Both the position numbers and the translations under genes were made by a program. A stretch of 60,484 nucleotides of DNA from a bacterium (GTDB lineage: Bacteria > Patescibacteriota > Microgenomatia > UBA12405), in assembly GCA_021817905.1 (NCBI GenBank), contig JAKAFM010000003.1, forward strand, positions 1 to 60,484, written 5' to 3'. Positions 51,960 through 59,905 of the stretch are shown piece by piece; within the stretch, counting starts at the first letter, position 1; every line of letters begins with the position of its first letter. Under the pieces are notes generated by a model. It saw only the letters and a list, made by a program, of their open reading frames with translations. It ran no database searches and was not told the DNA's origin.

Positions 51960-52382
51960 ATGCCAACATTTAATCAACTAATCCATTCCGGACGACGCAA
52001 ACCAGCCAATAAAGTAAAGGCCTCTGCACTTCGTGATAATTTTAACACCATTAAAAATCGCACTGTCAAATCGTTTAACCCTATCAAGAGGGGGGTTGTC
52101 ACGGTTGTTAAGACCATGACTCCAAAGAAACCACACTCGGCTTTGCGAAAAGTCGCCCGTGTCAAATTATCTAACCGCAGTTCAGTTACCGCCTATATTC
52201 CCGGTATTGGTCACAATCTTGCCGAGCATGGTATCGTTGCTGTTCGTGGCGGCCGTGTCCGAGATTTGCCAGGTGTCCGTTATCATGTTGTCCGAGGTAA
52301 ATTTGACGCCTCCGGTGTTGCTGGTCGTCAGCAATCACGCAGCAAGTATGGCGCTAAACGCCAAGCTGCCAAGACCGCTTAA
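51960..52382 (+). CDS. rpsL: 30S ribosomal protein S12
   Basis: Contains [15 protein letters not shown]...[30 protein letters not shown]. 140 aa. Confidence 0.97.
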   Translation: MPTFNQLIHSGRRKPANKVKASALRDNFNTIKNRTVKSFNPIKRGVVTVVKTMTPKKPHSALRKVARVKLSNRSSVTAYIPGIGHNLAEHGIVAVRGGRVRDLPGVRYHVVRGKFDASGVAGRQQSRSKYGAKRQAAKTA

Positions 52383-52411
52383 TCTACCAATAAAACTTTA
52401 AACTAAATACT

Positions 52412-52888
52412 ATGCGCAAAGGTCCAATCAGAGTTCGTCTAATAGAAGCAGATCCACTTTATAAAAGTATTGTCATTGCTAAGTTGATTAATTATGCCAT
52501 GCGACATGGTAAAAAATTAGCCAGCTCTAAACAGGTTTATTTAGCTCTCGATAAAATTAAAAAAGAAACAAAACTTGAACCATTAACTGTTCTTGAACAA
52601 GCACTCGATACTATCAAGCCAAAAGTCGAAGTCCGTCCCCGCCGCATTGGTGGTGCCGTCTATCAAGTTCCGACTCCAGTTCGAGGCAATCGTCAACTAT
52701 CACTTGCTATTCGTTGGTTAGTTATCGCTGCTCGTGCTAAAGAAAATAAACAATATCATACGTTTAGCGACAAATTAGTTGCCGAAATTTCTGCAGCCCT
52801 TAAAAACGAAGGTAGCGCTATAGCTAAAAGACTTGAAGTTGAAAAGATGGCTGAGGCCAACAAAGCCTTTGCCCACTTGCGCTGGTAG
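52412..52888 (+). CDS. rpsG: 30S ribosomal protein S7
   Basis: 158 aa. Contains DPLYKS..IAKLINYAMRHGKK...VEVRPRRIGGAVYQVP. Confidence 0.97.
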   Translation: MRKGPIRVRLIEADPLYKSIVIAKLINYAMRHGKKLASSKQVYLALDKIKKETKLEPLTVLEQALDTIKPKVEVRPRRIGGAVYQVPTPVRGNRQLSLAIRWLVIAARAKENKQYHTFSDKLVAEISAALKNEGSAIAKRLEVEKMAEANKAFAHLRW

Positions 52889-52914
52889 CCAAATTTGTCC
52901 ATACTACTGTAATC

Positions 52915-54351
52915 ATGGCATTTTTTAAGCATAAAATCGTTTTGTGGCCCAAAAAAGAAGCTTCCGATGTCTTTATTGACCAAAAAGATAACAACTTTTT
53001 CAGTTTTAACCTGGATTTATGGTCTGATCGCACTGATCTCGAACTCCAGCCCATGCTTGAATTCTTTAAGGGCCAGTCTAATCGCCTTTCTTGTCTTGTT
53101 CCCGACGATGTAACCGTCACAAAATCATTTATCTATGACACTAAAACTGAAACTATCGATAAAAAAGAAATCAAAGCTCTAGCCGAAAACACTATCCCCT
53201 TTGATATGGATACCGACTATATAGATTTTCAGCTCGATAACTCTCTTGCCGATAAAACTATCATTAGAGCCAAAATCACTAATCCCGCCAAAATTAAAAT
53301 CCTACAGGCCAATCTTGCTAAAATAGGCCTAATAATTGAGCAATACGAAACAGTCTCACAGCAAATTACCCGTGTTATCAACTCTTTTTATCAACAGGAC
53401 TACTTTCTTATTTATCCGCTTAATACTACTGAGTCAATGCTCATTTTGGCCAGGGGTAATGATGTTTTTCTAACGAGCAAACTTAAGGGAGTCACTCCCG
53501 ATATTCAAAAAATCATAAACTATTCACCTCTTTATTTTGGCAAACTTACCAACAAACTATTTGTTCCACATGACATTCTCTATCAAGTAAAATCCACTAC
53601 CAAAATGGAAAGTACAATGTATCAACCTTCTCAAATCGCACAATCACTTAACATGCCTGTTAATTATCCTTTACCCATCATCGGTTCCTTAATGACGGGT
53701 GGCAGTTCTCCTCCAAAAACTGTTATAATGAACAATACTCCATTAGTACAAAAACCAACTATGCAACCCAATAAAAATATTATTCCCGTCATTTTAGTTT
53801 TTGTTATCACTGCTGCTATTGCCTCGCTCGTACTTTGGATGGTTACCAAAAAGAATAGTGCTCCCGTAGTTGAAAATCCCACCAGCGATACTATTACCAC
53901 CCAACCAACTGAACCACCGGTACCAACCGATACTCCAGTGCCTACACTCGCCCCCGTAAGTAAAAAACTTAAGATCGAAGTTCTCAATGCTACTTCAATT
54001 AACGGCCAAGCTGCCAAAGTCAAAAAAGAATTAACTGATCTCGGTTTCACCAGCGTTACTATTGGTAACTCAACCGAAAAAGCAACCCAAAACGAATTAA
54101 GATTAAAAGCCACTAGTTCGGATGCAGCCCCTTATTTCCAGCAAAATCTTCCTATGTTTGATAATGCTACCGTCAGTTCCCTCAGTAGCACCTCAACTTA
54201 CGATATTGTCGTTGTTATTGGGACAGATTTAAGTACTACTGGTTCAGCTCCTAGTGCCACTGATACGAGTACTGTTGTTCCCACCAAAAAAGTCACGCCT
54301 ACTCCAACTAAAAAATTAACCCCCTCTCCGACACCAACTACAAACCAATAA
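52915..54351 (+). CDS. Bitopic protein: cytoplasmic PilM/FtsA-like(?) N-region, TM, Pro/Thr linker, extracytoplasmic LytR_C-like domain
   Basis: 478 aa. TM IIPVILVFVITAAIASLVLWMV. KIEVLNATSINGQAAKVKKELTDLGFTSVTIGNS...YDIVVVIGTDL matches the LytR C-terminal domain pattern. The N-region call is weak. Confidence 0.6.
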   Translation: MAFFKHKIVLWPKKEASDVFIDQKDNNFFSFNLDLWSDRTDLELQPMLEFFKGQSNRLSCLVPDDVTVTKSFIYDTKTETIDKKEIKALAENTIPFDMDTDYIDFQLDNSLADKTIIRAKITNPAKIKILQANLAKIGLIIEQYETVSQQITRVINSFYQQDYFLIYPLNTTESMLILARGNDVFLTSKLKGVTPDIQKIINYSPLYFGKLTNKLFVPHDILYQVKSTTKMESTMYQPSQIAQSLNMPVNYPLPIIGSLMTGGSSPPKTVIMNNTPLVQKPTMQPNKNIIPVILVFVITAAIASLVLWMVTKKNSAPVVENPTSDTITTQPTEPPVPTDTPVPTLAPVSKKLKIEVLNATSINGQAAKVKKELTDLGFTSVTIGNSTEKATQNELRLKATSSDAAPYFQQNLPMFDNATVSSLSSTSTYDIVVVIGTDLSTTGSAPSATDTSTVVPTKKVTPTPTKKLTPSPTPTTNQ

Positions 54352-54361
54352 ACACAAAAAT

Positions 54362-54646
54362 ATGGCTTCCGTAACTATTGAATTAAGATTAAATGACGGT
54401 AAGAAATTAGAATTATTACAAATGAAACGTTTTTATGGTCCAGAAAAAATTCGTCTCGGTTGGTTTTCTGATTACGGAATTAGAAAGGTAATTGTGGACG
54501 ATAGGGGTACCCGAGTTTATCTAGATAGTTTAGTAGAACCCATCCGCCCACAGCATTCGATGAAAGTGAGAAACCTTGAACCAGGTATGGCCAATTTTTC
54601 CGTTGTCATTAATCCAGAACCGCAGATCATCCCTGAAGAAAATTAG
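54362..54646 (+). CDS. Hypothetical protein (94 aa)
   Basis: ORF only; I recognise no motif. Confidence 0.4.
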   Translation: MASVTIELRLNDGKKLELLQMKRFYGPEKIRLGWFSDYGIRKVIVDDRGTRVYLDSLVEPIRPQHSMKVRNLEPGMANFSVVINPEPQIIPEEN

Positions 54647-55808
54647 CTATCTTCTCGCCTTCCCGTACCGCAAAATTTGTACCCCGATCTTCCGGAAATA
54701 TTTGGGAAAAATTAACCTGATAAATATTCTTATACTCAGTTTCATACTTTGGTATCTGATAGTTAGTCGTCACAATGTGTTGGGCATTAGCCAGCTTAAA
54801 CACAAAACTCTGAGTAACTAGTTTTTTATTAAATTTTGGAAATAGTTTTTTTAAATACCCAAAAAATTCTTTTTTTACCTGATCTTCGCTGTCTTTGAAT
54901 AAGTGATGAGTATTGGGAACGTAACTTCCCATATAGTAAATATGTTCACCCTTATAATTTTTGATCCCTACCAAATTAGTGTGCTGAATAAAAACCAAAA
55001 AAGGGGATTTTAAGTCATTAATATTGTGCCAATAATAAGAACTAAGCGATTGCTTCGAAGTAAAAATTACCTCGATTGCCCCTAAGTAAGAGATATTTTT
55101 GATTGGGCCCGTCGTCAATACTTTATCGTATTGTGTTGTCAGCACCTTAATGTCCTTTACTAAAGTCTTAGTTTTAATTTCACCTCCTAAATTCTCAATT
55201 TTTTCAACCAATGCCCCAATAATAATCTGAAAACCACCATCGATATATCCTAATTTACCACTAGAGTTACTCCTGGTATGAATTCTTGCCCACAACCATG
55301 CCATTGAGACTTGATCATAATATTCGTGAAATTTACCTCGCAATAATGGCTCCCAAATAACGTTATATGCATTTTTTCCGTTCGACTTTTTCATCCATAG
55401 ATAAGCCGGAATAGCTTTATATTTCTCCCAAGCGTTATCTCTTTGTAACCATAATCCAACCAAACCCGTTCTTATTCTATCTAGTAGAGGTAATGCTCTA
55501 AATACTAATAAGTCTTTCGGACCGTTAAATGAATACATTTTATGATCATAATAGATAGCTGTTTTATCCGAATACCATTGCAACTTATCAGCTAATCCTA
55601 ATTCCTCTATCAAATTAATAATTGCCGTATCGGTAGTAAAAATATGATGATAGGCTTTTTCTAAATTCGTTCCGTTTATCTTAAAACCAGCCAGTAAGCC
55701 TCCAACCTGTTCACTTTTTTCAAAAATAGTAACCTGGTGTCCTTTTTGTAATAATCGATATCCCGCCACCAATCCCGTAACCCCACCTCCGACAATCGCG
55801 ATTTTCAT
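54627..55808 (-). CDS. FAD/NAD(P)-dependent oxidoreductase (amine-oxidase / protoporphyrinogen-oxidase-like fold)
   Basis: N-terminal Rossmann motif MKIAIVGGGVTGLVAGYRL...VTIFEKSEQVGGL. 393 aa. Noticeably more AT-rich than the flanking translation genes. Confidence 0.75.
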   Translation of the reverse strand: MKIAIVGGGVTGLVAGYRLLQKGHQVTIFEKSEQVGGLLAGFKINGTNLEKAYHHIFTTDTAIINLIEELGLADKLQWYSDKTAIYYDHKMYSFNGPKDLLVFRALPLLDRIRTGLVGLWLQRDNAWEKYKAIPAYLWMKKSNGKNAYNVIWEPLLRGKFHEYYDQVSMAWLWARIHTRSNSSGKLGYIDGGFQIIIGALVEKIENLGGEIKTKTLVKDIKVLTTQYDKVLTTGPIKNISYLGAIEVIFTSKQSLSSYYWHNINDLKSPFLVFIQHTNLVGIKNYKGEHIYYMGSYVPNTHHLFKDSEDQVKKEFFGYLKKLFPKFNKKLVTQSFVFKLANAQHIVTTNYQIPKYETEYKNIYQVNFSQIFPEDRGTNFAVREGEKIANFLQG

Positions 55809-55814
55809 CTCCAG

Positions 55815-55820
55815 ATTTTA
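55815..55820 (-). promoter_or_regulatory. -10 box TAAAAT (minus strand) exactly 6 nt upstream of ATG 55808
   Basis: The minus strand reads ggTAAAATctggagATG. Confidence 0.45.
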
Positions 55821-55874
55821 CCACTACTCTAAATTAGTAGTACAATAAGGCAGTTTAATAATCGTCTTAAAAAT

Positions 55875-56090
55875 ATGACAAATATTTCGTCATCAGAATA
55901 TAAAGTAGTATTACCCTCATGTATGGCCGATTTTGATCGTAATCCTGAATCACCGATTATTCCTGATCTTCCTCATGCACGACTACCGGTTGTCGACACT
56001 TTCGTCAGCGGAGTAAAAAAAGTAAAGAAAAGAATAACTAGATTTTTTGAAGAACAAGATTATATAAATCTTGGTGCAAGAGACGAATAG
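55875..56090 (+). CDS. Hypothetical protein (71 aa)
   Basis: ORF only; I recognise no motif. Confidence 0.35.
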   Translation: MTNISSSEYKVVLPSCMADFDRNPESPIIPDLPHARLPVVDTFVSGVKKVKKRITRFFEEQDYINLGARDE

Positions 56091-56093
56091 TCC

Positions 56094-56121
56094 TTGTTAA
56101 ATAAACTGCCTATGATATGAT
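56094..56121 (+). promoter_or_regulatory. Candidate promoter TTGTTA-N16-TATGAT upstream of fusA
   Basis: -35 at 56094-56099 and -10 at 56116-56121. A hairpin begins about 6 nt after the expected TSS. Confidence 0.35.
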
Positions 56122-56133
56122 ACTTACATTCGA

Positions 56134-56161
56134 CTGTTGCAGCCGCAACGGTCTTTATTTT
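56134..56161 (+). terminator. Terminator-like hairpin in the fusA leader
   Basis: CTGTTGC-agcc-GCAACGG (7 bp including one G-U pair) followed by TCTTTATTTT. It ends 17 nt before ATG 56178. Confidence 0.4.
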
Positions 56162-56177
56162 GTCAAATTAAATTTAT

Positions 56178-58280
56178 ATGGCTGACGCTATTAAACTAAC
56201 CAAAAATCGTATTGTTCCTATGCATCAAGTTCGCAATATTGGCATCATTGCCCACATTGACGCTGGTAAAACGACAACCACCGAACGGATTCTATTTTAT
56301 ACCGGAAAAATTCATAAAATTGGCTCAATTGACGAAGGAACCACTACCACCGATACTATGGCTCAGGAAAAAGAGCGGGGGATTACGATTCAATCAGCCT
56401 GTATTACCACCTATTGGAAAGACCATCGCTTTAACATTATCGACACTCCTGGTCACGTAGATTTCACCGCCGAAGTGGAACGATCCCTACGGGTTCTTGA
56501 TGGTGCCATTATGGTTTTTGACGGCAACGCTGGCGTTCAAGCCCAATCGGAAACTGTTTGGAGACAGGCCGATAAATATGGAGTCCCGCGTCTGGCTTTT
56601 GTCAATAAAATGGATAAAGTTGGCGCTTCATTTGATATGACTCTCAAATCGATAGATGATAAATTACATGCTCCCGTTGTCGCCATGGTTATCCCCATTG
56701 GCGAAGAGCATGCTCACGTTGGTGTTGTTGACCTTATGGAAATGAAAATGATCATCTGGGATAAGGATGATCAGGGTATTGAATTTACCGTCAAAGACGT
56801 TACTCCAGAGTATCTAGATGCTGCCAAAGCTGCACGCGCCAAAATGGTTGAAAAAATTGCTGCTGAAGATGAAGCTCTGATGGAAAAATTTTTAAATGAC
56901 CAAGAAATTTCTGTTCCCGAATTAAAGTCGGCCCTTCGCAAGGCTACGATTGCCAGAAAATTATTTCCAATATATTGTGGATCTTCCTGGAGAAACAAGG
57001 GTGTTCAGCCGGTATTGGATGGCATTATTGACTACCTTCCGTCACCGCTCGATCTTCCTCCAATCGAAGGCTTTGATCCGGTGACTAACGAAAAACTTTA
57101 CCGCAAACCTCTTAATGACGAGCCATTAGCTGCTCTCTTATTTAAAGTTCAGGCTGACCCACATGTTGGCACACTTTCCTATGTTCGCGTCTATTCGGGC
57201 AAACTAAAAACGGGTACCGAGGTATACAACACAACCAAACAAAAAAGCGAACGAATTGGACGTTTATTACTAATGCATGCTGACAAACGTGAAGGTATTG
57301 AAGAAGGCTTTGCCGGAGAAATTGTTGCCTGTATTGGTCTAAAAGAATCGACTACTGGAGATACTTTAAGTGATGCTAATAAAATTATTTCACTTTCACC
57401 TATCCAGTTCTCTGAACCGGTCATTTCGTTGTCAATTGAACCGGAAACTACTGATGATCAAGAAAAAATGGGCCAAGCCTTAAACCGCCTCGCGGTCGAA
57501 GACCCTACTTTTCGCGTTTCCTACAATCACGAGACCGGTCAAACCATTATCGCTGGTATGGGCGAACTTTACCTTGATATTATTGTTGATCGCTTAAAGA
57601 GAGAATTTAACGTAAATGTTAAAACTGGTCAGCCTCAAGTAGCCTATAAAGAAACCATTACCACTTCCGCTGAAGGTGAGGGTAAATATATTCACCAATC
57701 CGGCGGTCACGGTCAATACGGACATTGTAAGATCAAAATTGAACCCAAGAACCGAGGTGAAGGTTTTGAATTTGTTAACGGTGTTAAGGGTGGTGCCATT
57801 CCTGCAAACTTTATTCCGGCTATCGAAAAAGGTGTCAAAGAAACCCTAATTAAAGGTATTATCGCCGGCTATCCTTGTACCGATCTTAAGGTGACTGTTT
57901 ATGATGGTACCTACCACGAAGTTGATTCCAGCGAACAAGCTTTTAAACTAGCTGGTTCTTATGCTATTAAAGATGCCTTTGAACATGCTCGTCCAATTGT
58001 TATCGAGCCAATTATGAAGTTTGAGGTAAGCGCTCCTTCGGAGTTTTTAGGCTCAGTCATTGGTGATCTTTCATCCCGCCGTGGTCAAATTGTAGGTACT
58101 ACTGATAGTATGGGTTTTACCACCATCAATGCCTTTATTCCCCTTGAAGCTGTTCGGGGTTACGCTACCGTCATTCGTTCGTTAACCCAGGGCCGAGGGT
58201 CTTTTTATATGGAACCAAGTCATTACGACCCGGTACCCATGGCCATTCAAGAAACACTACTCATTAAAAAAACTGCCTAA
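56178..58280 (+). CDS. fusA: Elongation factor G
   Basis: Contains NIGIIAHIDAGKTTTTERIL, DTPGHVDF and NKMDK. 700 aa with the full five-domain length. Confidence 0.98.
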   Translation: MADAIKLTKNRIVPMHQVRNIGIIAHIDAGKTTTTERILFYTGKIHKIGSIDEGTTTTDTMAQEKERGITIQSACITTYWKDHRFNIIDTPGHVDFTAEVERSLRVLDGAIMVFDGNAGVQAQSETVWRQADKYGVPRLAFVNKMDKVGASFDMTLKSIDDKLHAPVVAMVIPIGEEHAHVGVVDLMEMKMIIWDKDDQGIEFTVKDVTPEYLDAAKAARAKMVEKIAAEDEALMEKFLNDQEISVPELKSALRKATIARKLFPIYCGSSWRNKGVQPVLDGIIDYLPSPLDLPPIEGFDPVTNEKLYRKPLNDEPLAALLFKVQADPHVGTLSYVRVYSGKLKTGTEVYNTTKQKSERIGRLLLMHADKREGIEEGFAGEIVACIGLKESTTGDTLSDANKIISLSPIQFSEPVISLSIEPETTDDQEKMGQALNRLAVEDPTFRVSYNHETGQTIIAGMGELYLDIIVDRLKREFNVNVKTGQPQVAYKETITTSAEGEGKYIHQSGGHGQYGHCKIKIEPKNRGEGFEFVNGVKGGAIPANFIPAIEKGVKETLIKGIIAGYPCTDLKVTVYDGTYHEVDSSEQAFKLAGSYAIKDAFEHARPIVIEPIMKFEVSAPSEFLGSVIGDLSSRRGQIVGTTDSMGFTTINAFIPLEAVRGYATVIRSLTQGRGSFYMEPSHYDPVPMAIQETLLIKKTA

Positions 58281-58287
58281 TACTGTC

Positions 58288-58316
58288 TTGCAAAGCAGAT
58301 CTCAAGCTGTTACAAT
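58288..58316 (+). promoter_or_regulatory. Sigma70-type promoter TTGCAA-N17-TACAAT (with TGT extension) upstream of tuf
   Basis: -35 at 58288-58293, a 17-nt spacer, and TGTTACAAT at 58308-58316. This would give a leader of about 55 nt to ATG 58377. Confidence 0.6.
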
Positions 58317-58376
58317 CGTAAAGCATTTTCAAGCAATTTTATAAATTTATAATCTACAAAAAGACTAACTAAAACT

Positions 58377-59549
58377 ATGGCTAACACCTACGTCAGATCC
58401 AAACCGCATGTTAACGTTGGTACTATTGGTCACGTCGATCATGGTAAAACCACTTTAACCGCCGCTATTACCAAAGTTCAAGGCAATCCAAAAGCTTACT
58501 CCGATATCGCCAAGGGCGGTACTGTCCGTGATGCTTCAAAGATTGTCACTATTGCCATTTCTCACGTCGAATACGAAACCGACAAGCGTCACTATGCTCA
58601 CATTGATTGTCCTGGTCATGCCGACTATGTCAAAAACATGATTACTGGGGCTGCTCAAATGGACGGAGCTATTTTGGTCGTTTCTGCACCAGATGGTCCC
58701 ATGCCACAAACTCGTGAGCACGTTTTGTTAGCCAAACAGGTTAACGTTCCAGCTTTGGTAGTCTTTCTTAACAAGGTCGATTTAGTCGAAGATCCTGAAT
58801 TCTTAGATCTAGTCGAAATGGAAATCCGTGAACTCTTAAAAAAATACGGATTCCCCGGCGATGAAATCCCCATTATCCGTGGTTCCGCTCTTAAGGCGCT
58901 TAACGGCGATGCTGATGGTGTTGCTGCTATCAAAAAATTAATGGATGCTCTCGATACCTACATTCCTGAACCTAAGCGTGAACTCGACAAGCCATTCCTC
59001 ATGCCAATTGAAGACGTATTCTCGATCAAAGGTCGCGGAACTGTCGCTACTGGAAGAATTGAGCGTGGTATGGTCAAGATCAACGAAGAAGTTGAAGTAG
59101 TCGGTCTTCGTGATACCCGCAAAGCAGTTGTTACCGGTGTAGAAATGTTCCACAAAACTCTTGATCAAGGTCAAGCTGGCGACAATGTCGGTATCTTACT
59201 CCGTGGTATTGAAAAAGAAGATATTGAGCGCGGCCAAGTATTAGCCAAACCCGGGACCATTACTCCCCACACCGAATTTAAAGCTGAAATCTTATTACTC
59301 AAAAAGGAAGAAGGTGGACGTCACACCCCAATCTTCTCCGGATATCGTCCCCAGGTTTTCATCAGAACTACTGATGTTACCGGTGATATCACTCTAGCTT
59401 CAGGAGTTGAAATGGTAATGCCAGGCGACAATGCTACTGTTACCATTAAACTTATCAAACCGGTTGCTATGGAAGCTGGATTCCGCTTCGCTATTCGTGA
59501 GGGCGGCTTAACAGTTGGTGCTGGAGCCATCATCGAAATTATCAAATAA
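58377..59549 (+). CDS. tuf: Elongation factor Tu
   Basis: Contains [28 protein letters not shown] and NKVD. 390 aa. Confidence 0.98.
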   Translation: MANTYVRSKPHVNVGTIGHVDHGKTTLTAAITKVQGNPKAYSDIAKGGTVRDASKIVTIAISHVEYETDKRHYAHIDCPGHADYVKNMITGAAQMDGAILVVSAPDGPMPQTREHVLLAKQVNVPALVVFLNKVDLVEDPEFLDLVEMEIRELLKKYGFPGDEIPIIRGSALKALNGDADGVAAIKKLMDALDTYIPEPKRELDKPFLMPIEDVFSIKGRGTVATGRIERGMVKINEEVEVVGLRDTRKAVVTGVEMFHKTLDQGQAGDNVGILLRGIEKEDIERGQVLAKPGTITPHTEFKAEILLLKKEEGGRHTPIFSGYRPQVFIRTTDVTGDITLASGVEMVMPGDNATVTIKLIKPVAMEAGFRFAIREGGLTVGAGAIIEIIK

Positions 59550-59582
59550 GGATCGTATTTCCTTAACACTCTTTAACAAACT

Positions 59583-59894
59583 ATGGCCAAAGGTAACCGC
59601 ATTCGTATCAGACTTAAGTCTTTCGATCATCGCATTATCGATGAAGCGGCGATCAAGATTGTCGAAACCGCGGTTACCGCTGGCGCCAAGGTTCAAGGTC
59701 CCATCCCTCTACCTTCATCAAAAAAAACCATTGTTGTTCTTAAGAGCCCTCATTCCGATAAAAATGCTCGTGAACATTTTGAAATGAGAACTCACAAGCG
59801 TCTTATCGATATCGACAATGCTAGTTTACGTATTATTGACAGCCTACAACACTTGGATCTTCCATCCGGAGTTGAAGTTGAAGTCAAAATGTAA
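59583..59894 (+). CDS. rpsJ: 30S ribosomal protein S10
   Basis: 103 aa. IRIRLKSFDHRIIDEAA...GPIPLP...HKRLIDI is typical of S10. Confidence 0.97.
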   Translation: MAKGNRIRIRLKSFDHRIIDEAAIKIVETAVTAGAKVQGPIPLPSSKKTIVVLKSPHSDKNAREHFEMRTHKRLIDIDNASLRIIDSLQHLDLPSGVEVEVKM

Positions 59895-59905
59895 AGGTAT
59901 TCATT

